A stretch of DNA of 64,000 bases from assembly GCA_965262925.1 (NCBI GenBank), contig CBDHGC010000004.1, forward strand, positions 6,935,339 through 6,999,338, written 5' to 3'. Made by a program: the position numbers and the translations under genes. This stretch comes from Vicinamibacterales bacterium (GTDB lineage Bacteria; Acidobacteriota; Vicinamibacteria; Vicinamibacterales; UBA8438). Below are positions 19,572 to 27,773 of the stretch, in pieces. Under the pieces are notes generated by a model. That model was not told the DNA's origin and did not search any database. It saw only the letters and a list, made by a program, of their open reading frames with translations. Every line of letters starts with the position of its first letter. The stretch's first letter is position 1.

Positions 19572-19960
19572 TGGTGCTGGATGCCTCCGGCGCCATCGAG
19601 CTGCTGCTGAACACGGCCCGCGGCAAGAAACTTGGCGCGAGACTCGCCGACTACGCCGAGGTCGTCCACGCACCCCACCTGATCGACATCGAGATCGCCC
19701 ACGTGCTTCGAAGGTACATGCTGGACGGAACGTTCGACGCGCGGCGCGCGTTGCAGGCGCTCGACCAGTGGCGACAGCTCGATGTCGAACGGTACCCGCA
19801 CGAGCCGTTCCTCGACAGAGTCTGGGGTCTGCGCAACAACGTCACGGCGTACGACGCGGTCTACGTGGCCCTGGCGGAAACGCTCGGGGAATCGCTCGTC
19901 ACCGGGGACCAGAAGCTGGCCGGCGCTCCGCGCCTGACCGTCAGCGTCGAGTTGGTCTAG
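19568..19960 (+). CDS. vapC: PIN-domain toxin
   Basis: MMVLDASGAIELLL...HAPHLIDIEIAHVLRR...AYDAVYVALAETLGESLVTGDQKL, showing the PIN acidic residues. Confidence 0.85.
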   Translation: MMVLDASGAIELLLNTARGKKLGARLADYAEVVHAPHLIDIEIAHVLRRYMLDGTFDARRALQALDQWRQLDVERYPHEPFLDRVWGLRNNVTAYDAVYVALAETLGESLVTGDQKLAGAPRLTVSVELV

Positions 19961-20035
19961 CTGGCCCGGCAACCGATTGGCAAGACCATGCCTGCGGGGC
20001 GTCGCGATGGCAAGGAAGAAGCGGGAGGCAGACTC

Positions 20036-20203
20036 ATGAGAACCGTCATCGTCGCTGTCGCGCTGCTCGGGGTCGCGGGAGCCGCGCGGGGAGGGGTCGC
20101 ACTGCAGGACGAAGGCCAGATCGTCTTCCGTCGCATCTGCAACATCGAACCGGGTCAGAACGCCGCCGCGGCGGCGCTCGCGCGGGGAATCGTCGACCTT
20201 TGA
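20036..20203 (+). CDS. Small putative secreted protein (55 aa)
   Basis: RBS GGGAGG, then MRTVIVAVALLGVAGAARG signal-like start. No homology recognised. Confidence 0.3.
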   Translation: MRTVIVAVALLGVAGAARGGVALQDEGQIVFRRICNIEPGQNAAAAALARGIVDL

Positions 20204-20204
20204 C

Positions 20205-20889
20205 GGCACCGGCGGCGCAAGTCTTCCACGTCCGCTACGCGACCGAAGCGCACAGCCCGGCCCGCGGTGTCTCGCCGTTGCAGTACGCCAGTCTCACGGG
20301 CGCCTTGACCGCGAGCCTTGAGCAGTCGCTCGGGTATGAGGCGGCCGGCCCGGTGGCGAACCTGATCGCGCTGCCGGAAGGTTTCAGCGGCAGCAAGAGC
20401 GACGACGACGGCGACGACGACGGCGGCGGGCTGCCGGAAGCGATCCGCCTGGCGAAGGGCCGCACCCTGCTACCCGAGACCACGGCCGGCGGCTACGGCG
20501 ACAAGCAGGGCGCGCCGCGGCGAGACTGGAAACCGGAACGGCTCGGCGCCGATCCGCCTGATGCGCTGGTGCGGTTGCGGACGGCGGTCGAAAATACCGT
20601 TTTGGCGTGCTTCGGTGTTCCGTCGCCGCTCGGACCGGCCGGCGTGACCGACGGGACCGCGGCGAGGGAAGCAGCCCGCCGTCTGTGGACTCTGACGGTT
20701 CAGCCGCTCGCCGCGATGATCGCCGAAGAGCTGTCACGGGTACTCGAGCGGCCGGTGAGTCTCGACTACGCGCGGCCGTCCGGCATGGCGGACCTGGCGG
20801 CGAGGGCTCGAGCCGTCGCCGCCTTGGCGAAAGCTGGCGTGTCCACCGAAGACGCGATGTTGCTTACAGGATGGGACGATGCGAGCTGA
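20205..20889 (+). pseudogene. Phage portal protein, C-terminal fragment
   Basis: Distal part of ORF 19462..20889: VFHVRYATEAHSPARGVSPLQYASLTGAL...acidic DDDGDDDGGG...RRLWTLTVQPLAAMIAEELSRVL...AKAGVSTEDAMLLTGW. The upstream part of the ORF is not protein-like. Confidence 0.5.
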
Positions 20890-21109
20890 CACGCTGTCGG
20901 CCCTGGCCGATGATTGCTGCGCAGCCATCGAGGCGTACGGCGGACCGGCCGCGCTGTCTGCCGGTATCGAAGCTGGCGAGCTGACCGCGCTGGCGGTGGT
21001 CGAAGCGCTCGACGTGAGAGCGGACCGGCTCGGCGCATCCGCTGCCGACGTGATCGCCGCGCTGCGCGCTGCCGGCCGCCGCCGCGGCATCCTGCCGACG
21101 ATCCACTGA
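20879..21109 (+). CDS. Hypothetical small protein overlapping the portal fragment stop
   Basis: ORF track only. 11-nt overlap with the upstream ORF. Confidence 0.3.
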   Translation: MRADTLSALADDCCAAIEAYGGPAALSAGIEAGELTALAVVEALDVRADRLGASAADVIAALRAAGRRRGILPTIH

Positions 21110-21115
21110 GGCGAC

Positions 21116-21484
21116 GTGTGGACCGCCCCCGCAATCGAACAGTGCCGACTACTGAGCATCGCCGCCGCATGGCGCCTGATCGGTAGTCGCCGCGCCCCCC
21201 TGAATACCCCTTCCGAGTGGACCGGCTGGCAAGTCGTCAATCCTGACGGCGAGCGGCAACGCTACGCCGAGCGGGCCGCGGCGAAGCTGTGCACGCGGTG
21301 CGGCTCGAATCCGCCGCGCCCTGACCGCAAGACGTGCGAGGGCTGCGCCGCGGCAGCCGCCGAGCGGTCCGCGGCGCTTCGGGCTCGCCGCAAGGCTGCG
21401 GGTGCGTGTCTGGACTGTGCGGCGCCGACGACCGGCGGGCACGCGCGCTGTGCGGCCTGCCGGCGGGAGGCTCGGCAGCCGTGA
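21116..21484 (+). CDS. Cys-rich zinc-ribbon repeat protein
   Basis: CTRCGSNPPRPDRKTCEGC and CLDCAAPTTGGHARCAAC, two CxxC...CxxC units. Confidence 0.5.
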   Translation: MWTAPAIEQCRLLSIAAAWRLIGSRRAPLNTPSEWTGWQVVNPDGERQRYAERAAAKLCTRCGSNPPRPDRKTCEGCAAAAAERSAALRARRKAAGACLDCAAPTTGGHARCAACRREARQP

Positions 21485-22020
21485 GCAGCAAGGGCGATAT
21501 CAAGATTCTCCCGCCGGGCACCTGGTGCACCAGGTGCGGCGCGCGGCCGGGCATCGCCGGCCCCTTGTGGATCTGTCGGGTATGCGTTGCCGGCGGACCG
21601 CACAAGCGAACCGTCCGCAACGACGGCCGGCGCCCCCTACCGGCCGGCACGCCCCGCGCCCGCGCCAGGTATCGCGCCGCCGGGCTGTGCGCGCAGTGCG
21701 GCCGGGACCGAGACCGCGACGACCGGCGGTGCTGCGCGCGCTGTCGGCGGCGCCTGGCGGATGCCAGCAACCGTTACCGGGACGCGCATCCGCGAGTCGA
21801 GCGGCAGCCGCACCGGGAGTACCTGGCGGCGCGTCGAGCCCGGTGGACGGCGGCCGGGCTATGCACCGAGTGCGGCGGCGATCGGGACCGAGACGACCGG
21901 TGCCTGTGCGCCCGCTGCCGGCGCCGGGCGGCACGCAATCAACAGGCCTACCGACGGCGCACGCGCGTGGGGGACCGGTCCGGGGGTGATGGTGCTACGA
22001 TGGGCAATGAGAGGGGTTGA
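21481..22020 (+). CDS. Cys-rich zinc-ribbon repeat protein (three CxxCG...CxxC units)
   Basis: GTG 21481 overlaps the upstream TGA (GTGA). WCTRCGARPG...CRVC, LCAQCGRDRDRDDRRCCARCRRR, LCTECGGDRDRDDRCLCARCRRR. Confidence 0.5.
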   Translation: MSSKGDIKILPPGTWCTRCGARPGIAGPLWICRVCVAGGPHKRTVRNDGRRPLPAGTPRARARYRAAGLCAQCGRDRDRDDRRCCARCRRRLADASNRYRDAHPRVERQPHREYLAARRARWTAAGLCTECGGDRDRDDRCLCARCRRRAARNQQAYRRRTRVGDRSGGDGATMGNERG

Positions 22021-22389
22021 CGCACCGTGCGACACCGTGCGACACCGTCTGGCGCGTTGACATCACGCGTCATGTCAACGACAATGCGCTAACTGCGCCC
22101 CGCCCAGCGGCGCGAAGACCCACGGCGAGAGTTGGTCGCCCGGCCAGCCGGTGTCCGTGAGCGCGGGGAGGGATGACGATGGTGCAGTGGCGGACGGCTG
22201 ATTCGGTTGCCTGTGCGGTCCACGTTGGGCGGATCGCCACCGGCGAGATCCAGGAATCCTGCGAGGCGCCGCGCCGGCAGAACCGGCAGCGGACAGTAGA
22301 CGAGCGAGGGCGGAAAGGCTCGCGTTGCGCGCTTGACACCGGAGCGGAGGCGTGAGATTTTTTGCGATGTTTGGAGTCGCGGCTACTAG

Positions 22390-22650
22390 ATGGGGGCAGC
22401 TATGGCGCGCCTAAACGACGAGATTGCCGCATATGATCGCATGCGATCGGATCTGGAGACCCAGCACAACGGGCAGTGGGTGGTGATCCGTGATGGTGTA
22501 CTTCAAGGCGTATTCGGTGACTCTCAAGCGGCAGCCGATGATGCCGTACGGCACTTCGGCCGTGGCCCATACTTGATCCGGCAGGTCGGAGCTGGACCTT
22601 TGTTGCTGCCGGCCTCGGTACAGTTTCGTCCAGTTCATGCCGACCACTAA
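22390..22650 (+). CDS. Small protein usually paired with a retropepsin-like protease
   Basis: NGQWVVIRDGVLQGVFGDSQAAADDAVRHFGRGPYLIRQVG. It overlaps the start of the protease ORF. The start could be 22390 or 22402. Confidence 0.55.
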   Translation: MGAAMARLNDEIAAYDRMRSDLETQHNGQWVVIRDGVLQGVFGDSQAAADDAVRHFGRGPYLIRQVGAGPLLLPASVQFRPVHADH

Positions 22651-22883
22651 CTGCGGTTCCGCGGAGCAATCGGTCCTCGTTCGTTTCGGCCCAACCGTCT
22701 ACGTTCAAGTCGGCTTAGACCCCGGATTCCGGCCAGCAGACCAGAAACCACCAGCGCTGCCGGCGGACGAGTTCCCGGCGCTTGTCGATACTGGAGCCGA
22801 AGAGTGCTGCATCGATAACGATCTTGCAATGGCACTAGCCCGGATCATTCAGTGCGCCGTGACAAGGCGCTATTCCTCAGCGG
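22637..22883 (+). pseudogene. Retropepsin-like (clan AA) aspartic protease, 3'-truncated
   Basis: FPALVDTGAEECCIDNDLAMAL carries the DTG active-site signature. The frame runs into the GTGCG intron-like start at 22884. Confidence 0.55.
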
Positions 22884-23607
22884 GTGCGAATCCCGCCCGG
22901 CAACTGTCGCTCCAGCCGGTAGCAGTCGGAGCGGACGATGGAGGTAACGACATCGGCTGAAGCACTCCGACGACAAAGGGCCGCCCTGGGCGGTTCAGCG
23001 ACCACGCGGGCCACAACGCGAGTAAACGCCGAGCAGGCCTCGAAACGGGTAACGCGGAAGCCGACCCGCCTGAATAACGGGGAAGGCTGCCAGCGGTCGG
23101 GAAGCGAGCGACGCGAGCACCGACCGGTTCCGCCGGGGTAATGGCGGTAGCACGCGTGGAAGAGGGGAATGGACGCAACACGGGAAGCCCTGCCGGCGGC
23201 GTGGCACGCGCCAACCGACGACCCGTGAGGGCAAGGTCGGGCCGGCCAGGGTGGCGGAGAAGCCCGTATTACCGTTGAAGCCGGGCAATGCCGGCCGAGG
23301 GAAGGGGCTTCAGGTGGAAGGGATGGCGAAAGGGAACAGGCTCCGGGAGTGGCCGAACGGCCTATCACCCCGATGAATGAGCAGGAATGCCAGACGTCAT
23401 CACATGCATAAGCGAAGGGGACGACCCGCGCGGTCGCCGTCGTCAGGGCGTCAACAGGTCTGACGACGCACCGGCCGGCCAACGCCAGGGTGTGAGCCGG
23501 GTGCGACGGCTCGCAAGACCCGCCCGCTGGTCGCAACCGGACAGCCCGTGTGCGAGCCGCATGATTCCACTGGAGAGCCCGGTGCCGGAAATGAGGGTGT
23601 CCCGCCA
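22884..23607 (+). ncRNA. Probable group II intron, 5' ~0.7 kb (domain I to early IV) without reverse transcriptase ORF, cut by IS256
   Basis: It begins GTGCG. It has many GNRA-capped GC helices (cgcaag, gcgaaag, tcgaaac, ggtaat) and no protein-like ORF on either strand. It ends exactly at the IS256-like IR. This is a judgement by eye only. Confidence 0.45.
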
Positions 23608-25022
23608 GTAGTTGAAAGTCGGCAGCGACAGACACACATTACCCCGCCTTCTGCAATTCGGCAAGGGCGCCATTCTCTTCGTCGAGGTGCGCCTTCAGCA
23701 TCCAGAGATGCTCATAGCCCGTGATGCGGCGATAGTGCTTCTCCGTCTCTCGGAACGTCACCGCGGCCCACCGCACCGCCATCTCCTCGCTCTGCCAGCG
23801 ACTCACCCGATTCGTGTGCTGGCGAACGCCCGCGTGCGACGAGTCGATGATGTTCGTCGTCGTCAGGCAGCGGCGCAGCGGCTTCGGCAGCCCAAGGCGA
23901 TTGACCGTGAACAACTCCGAGAGCCCTTCGCGCAGGCTCGCCGCCGACGACGGCCACTCCCGCTCCAGCCACGAGGCGTACTGCTCCAGCTTCCGGATGC
24001 CCTCGTCGGCGTCCAGCTTCCACGCCGCCCGAAGCGTCGAACGCGCCTGCTCGTGCTGCTCTTTCGGCAGATGACCCAAGACGTTCCTTACCTTGTGGTT
24101 TCTACAACGTTGCACCAGGTTCGCCGACCCGAACACCCGCCCGATGGCCTGCCGCAGCGCCTTGGCGCCGTCGATGACGAACAGACGCCGCCGGTCAGCC
24201 CGCAGGCCCCGCGTCACCAGATCTTCGAGCAGGCCAGCGGTGACCTCCGTGTTCTCCGATGCCCCGCCGCAAAGCCCCAGCACGTGCTTACGACCATCCG
24301 CATCCACACCGACCGCCGCCACCACGTGGTAGTTCCCGAACACGATCCCGTCGAGGTAGACGACCAGCACGTCCAACTTGCCCAGGTCCCGTTCGGCCAA
24401 CTCCTTCAGAACGCGCGTCCCCGCCTCGATGGTCTCCCGCGAGACCTCCGACTTGCTCACCCCCACCTGGTCGGCCAGCGCCGGCAGCACCTTCTCGTAC
24501 TTGCGCGTCGACACGCCCTGCAGCACCAGCTCCAGCATCCGGTCGGCCAGTGGCTGATCCGCCTGCAACGCCGTATACGCCGGAATCTCCACCTCGCCCG
24601 GCTCATCGGCCCGCGGCCGCTTCTTGCGCAGCCGCGGCTTGTCGACCCGCAACTGCCGCTCCTTCAATGCCACACGTCCCGCCTGCACCCCGTGCCAGTA
24701 CAGATCCCGGTCGGCGTCGCGCCGTCCCTGCTCCTTCGGCCCCGCCACCTGCTCGGCGCTCATCCGCAGGACGGCCTCGATGGTCGCCCGGCCCATCACG
24801 TCGATCACCTCGTCGATGGCTCGCTCGCCCTTCTCCAGCAGTTCGACCAGCGGGATCAGCAGTTGCCCGTCCTTCGCCAGCCAGTCCGCCAGTTCCCGGC
24901 GGTTCGGCGCGGACGCGCCCGAAACGATCTTGTACGGTTTCTTCATCGGTGGCCTCTCCTCCTTTTGAACACACCCGACTGATACCACAGCCGGGCAGGA
25001 GTCGCCACCGACTTTCCACTAC
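23608..25022 (-). mobile_element. IS256-family insertion sequence (1415 bp), no TSD
   Basis: IRs GTAGTTGAAAGTCGGCAGCGAC (23608->) and GTAGTGGAAAGTCGGTGGCGAC (25022<-). The flanking octamers differ (tcccgcca vs gcttgggg). Confidence 0.85.
23639..24946 (-). CDS. IS256-family (Mutator-like) transposase
   Basis: MKKPYKIV (ATG 24946, RBS AGGAGGAGAGG). VVYLDGIVFGNYHVVAAVGVDADGRKHVLGL, LFVIDGAKALRQAI, VQRCRNHKVRNVLGHLP, TTNIIDSSHAGVRQHTNRVSRW. Confidence 0.9.
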   Translation of the reverse strand: MKKPYKIVSGASAPNRRELADWLAKDGQLLIPLVELLEKGERAIDEVIDVMGRATIEAVLRMSAEQVAGPKEQGRRDADRDLYWHGVQAGRVALKERQLRVDKPRLRKKRPRADEPGEVEIPAYTALQADQPLADRMLELVLQGVSTRKYEKVLPALADQVGVSKSEVSRETIEAGTRVLKELAERDLGKLDVLVVYLDGIVFGNYHVVAAVGVDADGRKHVLGLCGGASENTEVTAGLLEDLVTRGLRADRRRLFVIDGAKALRQAIGRVFGSANLVQRCRNHKVRNVLGHLPKEQHEQARSTLRAAWKLDADEGIRKLEQYASWLEREWPSSAASLREGLSELFTVNRLGLPKPLRRCLTTTNIIDSSHAGVRQHTNRVSRWQSEEMAVRWAAVTFRETEKHYRRITGYEHLWMLKAHLDEENGALAELQKAG

Positions 25023-25630
25023 GCTTGGGGCACCCTCTGGCGCTGGGCCTGGGCGTAGAGTGCGCCACGACCCGAGGCGCCACGTGCATCATCGATATCG
25101 ACCCACAAGGAACGTCGGTGGCGTGGAGCGACCAACGGGGACAGCAGAACGACCCCGTGGTCACTGCGACCCAACCGAACCGCCTGGGCCTGATCCAGCA
25201 CACCTGCAAGACCAACGGGGTTGAACGACTGATCATCGACACGCCCGCCGGCGCGACCGAGTCCGCCCTCACCGCAGCGACGATCGCCGACATCATCGTC
25301 ATACCGTGCCGGCCGACAGGGCAGGACATCGCGGCAATGCCAGGAACAGCGAAGATCGCCGAACTAGCCGGCGGACTGGCGGTCTTCGTAATCAACCAGG
25401 GAGAGAGCCGGGGGAACGACAACGAACGCACACGCAAGGCGCTGGCGATACTCGGGAAGAAACACGGGATCGTGATCTGCCCGGTCGTAGTCATGCGCCG
25501 TATCGCGCACGCTCGGTCGTACGAAAACGGCCGGACCGCACGCGAAGCGTACCCTGGTTCAAAAGCGGCAGCCGAGCTCGAAGCGCTCGAGAAATGGATC
25601 ACTGACCACCATGGCCAGACGAAAAAATGA
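25023..25630 (+). pseudogene. parA: ParA-family partition ATPase lacking the N-terminal deviant Walker A (cut by IS256)
   Basis: It starts inside LALGLGVECATTRGATCIIDIDPQGTSVAWS. IIDTPAG, ADIIVIPCRPTGQDI. The KGGxGKT segment is missing. Confidence 0.75.
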
Positions 25631-25958
25631 CGCCGGGCTCTCAAACCTGATCAAGGAGGCCGCCGGAGTGACAGGCGGCAGCCAGACCACCCAGGGCGCC
25701 GACGACGTACTCAAGCACGATCGAGCACACGCGACCAAACAGATTCAAGTACCGCGACCGGCCGCATCCGCAACGCGCCGACGAAGAGACCGTGAGGACA
25801 CCACAACACTCACGATCCACGTGGATCGTGAACTGCACACCGACATCAAGAAACTCGCCTTGAAGATCGAACGACCAGCCGAGGTCATGTTGCGACGAGC
25901 ACTGCGCCGACTGGTCACCGACGCGATGAAGGGACGAGGGAACAAGTACATCGATTAG
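25611..25958 (+). CDS. Ribbon-helix-helix partner of ParA (ParG-like centromere-binding protein)
   Basis: It overlaps the parA stop. C-terminal RHH pattern TLTIHVDRELHTDIKKLALKIERPAEVMLRRALRRLV. Confidence 0.55.
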   Translation: MARRKNDAGLSNLIKEAAGVTGGSQTTQGADDVLKHDRAHATKQIQVPRPAASATRRRRDREDTTTLTIHVDRELHTDIKKLALKIERPAEVMLRRALRRLVTDAMKGRGNKYID

Positions 25959-26065
25959 CCCAAACCGAAGCCGGAATAAAGGCGGCAACGAGCACCGGCA
26001 GGACGGCCCAGCGCCGGCCGGTTACCGGCCCAGGGCCGGCCAATTACCCGCGCCCACCTGAGGAT

Positions 26066-26455
26066 TCATCCGGTACCGGAGAGCAAAGCGACATCCGGTG
26101 CAGACGTTGGTCCGGAGGTTCCGCACCCAAAAACCGCAGTAATCGGCTGAAAAGTCCGAGGACCGTACCCGGTCGTCAACAAGGTACGGATCCGCCGGCC
26201 GGTACGAAGCGCCATTCCCGCGAAACGCGCCAGGTCGAGGCTGTCTACAGCGGGCGGTAGCCCGCGTTCCATAGCCCTGCGCAACGAGAGCGCACGGCAG
26301 ACACCGTGCTCGAGACAGAGCCGATTGAGCTCGTTGAGCTCGGACGCCGCCAATCGCAACTCGACAACGTGTCGGTACGGCTCCCAATCAGGATCATGGA
26401 TTGGACGTGAACCAAAGAGCCTGAATACAGGCGGCAACGACGAGCGGCCGGACAA
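26066..26455 (-). CDS. RHH (CopG/MobC-like) protein, tandem copy 1
   Basis: YRHVVELRLAASELNELNRLCLEHGVCRALSLRRAMERGL (strand-helix-helix pattern). The start is uncertain. Confidence 0.5.
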   Translation of the reverse strand: MSGRSSLPPVFRLFGSRPIHDPDWEPYRHVVELRLAASELNELNRLCLEHGVCRALSLRRAMERGLPPAVDSLDLARFAGMALRTGRRIRTLLTTGYGPRTFQPITAVFGCGTSGPTSAPDVALLSGTG

Positions 26456-26529
26456 CCGTCGGCCGGCCGGTTGCCGGCCCTGGGCCGGCCGGTGCCGGGC
26501 CTGCGCCTAACCTAGCGCAGAACAGAACA

Positions 26530-26895
26530 TCAGGACTCCTCCGGTACCGGATAGCGGAGCGACCTCTGCAAGGTACGGATGGGCCGCCCGGTACGAAGCG
26601 ACATTCCCGCCGAGCGCGCCAGTTCGAGGCTGTCTACAGCGGGCGGTAGCCCGCATTCCATAGCCCTGCGCAACGAGAGCGCACGGCTGACACCGTGCTC
26701 GAGACAGAGCCGATTGAGCTCGTTGAGCTCGGACGCCGCCAATCGCAACTCGACAACGTGTCGGTACGGCTCCCAATCGGGATCGTTGATTGGACGTGAA
26801 CCAAAGAGCCTGAATACAGGCGGCAACGACGAGCGGCCGAACAACCGTCGGCCGGCCGGTTGCCGGCCCTGGGCCGGCCGGTGCCAGGCCCGCAC
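26530..26895 (-). CDS. RHH (CopG/MobC-like) protein, tandem copy 2
   Basis: YRHVVELRLAASELNELNRLCLEHGVSRALSLRRAMECGL. The C-terminus differs from copy 1. Confidence 0.5.
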   Translation of the reverse strand: MRAWHRPAQGRQPAGRRLFGRSSLPPVFRLFGSRPINDPDWEPYRHVVELRLAASELNELNRLCLEHGVSRALSLRRAMECGLPPAVDSLELARSAGMSLRTGRPIRTLQRSLRYPVPEES

Positions 26896-27019
26896 CTAAC
26901 CTAGCGCAGAACAGAACGCATCAGGAGGGCTCTGCCGCAACGAGGCGCGGAAAGACGTTACAGGAAGAATCTGGAGCTGTAACGTGGCAGGGCCGAGCAG
27001 GAACTGAACGAGGACCGGA

Positions 27020-27055
27020 GCCTTCCGCAACCGCGCAGACGCGGTTGCGGAAGGC
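27020..27055. repeat. Perfect 16-bp inverted repeat with 4-nt loop (GCCTTCCGCAACCGCG caga CGCGGTTGCGGAAGGC)
   Basis: Read directly. It lies ~125 bp upstream (in the gene sense) of the MobC-like tandem genes. Confidence 0.9.
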
Positions 27056-27773
27056 CGAAGAACGCGAAGCCGAAATCAAGGACCGGGGTAGAAGCCGACA
27101 GCGCACGAACACAGCGGCACGGCTTCGAACGCGAATGCCGAGTGATCGCAACGACACTGCGGCACTCGGAAACGGAGGCACGGAAGGAAGAGCTGACGAG
27201 CGTTGGATGGGATATCGGCAACTGCCTGTACCAGGGCGAGGAGGTCCACATCGCCCGCAACCCCGACAGTTCGGTCCGGGTCGACGTCACGACGACCAGT
27301 GGGGCGCCCTGGCTGACCGCCCTTGAAAGGCGGGGCCAGGTGGGTCTGCCGGATGGTGAGGACAGAACGGTCAGGTCGGCGCCGCCCGCGCGCATCACGT
27401 ACCTGCTCGTCGCCGCATGGCGTGCGAGGGCGCGTGACCGCGCGCGCCCTCGCACCCGTGTGGTATCGCCTGGGAAACCGGCAACCCGCCACGCCCCCCA
27501 TTTTCGAATGGAGGGGACCCTCAGCAAGACCGGCCGGGGTCGGCCGGTCGAACCGCGCACGCGGGAATGACGAGAAGAAGGCGGGATGCAAAAGACGGGA
27601 ACGGACGAAGGAGGGGAGGGTTCCAGAGCCGCGCCGGGCGTACCGGCGCTGTCGGCAGGTTCCGTTCACCCGGTCGGCAGGCGCTTGTCGAACGCCCGCG
27701 TGCAGCCTGCGCGTTCGATCTGCGACGCGGGTCTTGCGATGGATGAGAAGAACACTCTGAGGAGACGTAGAGG

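Larger units (their letters stand above)
25981..26925. repeat. Tandem array: two ~0.35-0.44 kb units (cores ~26181-26527 and ~26565-26925, few mismatches) plus a degenerate partial unit (25981-26060)
   Basis: Direct alignment by eye. Unit 1 carries ~65 extra bp. Each unit ends in ggccggccggttgccggccctgggccggccggtgcc..cctaacctagcgcagaacagaac. Confidence 0.85.

Noticed and set aside
22333-22361. TTGACA followed 17 nt later by GATTTT as a promoter for the small-protein/protease pair
   Set aside because: The -10 match is poor (3/6) and the host sigma factor preferences are unknown. There is not enough support to report it as a feature.
25981-26925. Possible CRISPR array
   Set aside because: The repeat units are ~350-440 bp and protein-coding. 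There is no short repeat/spacer periodicity.
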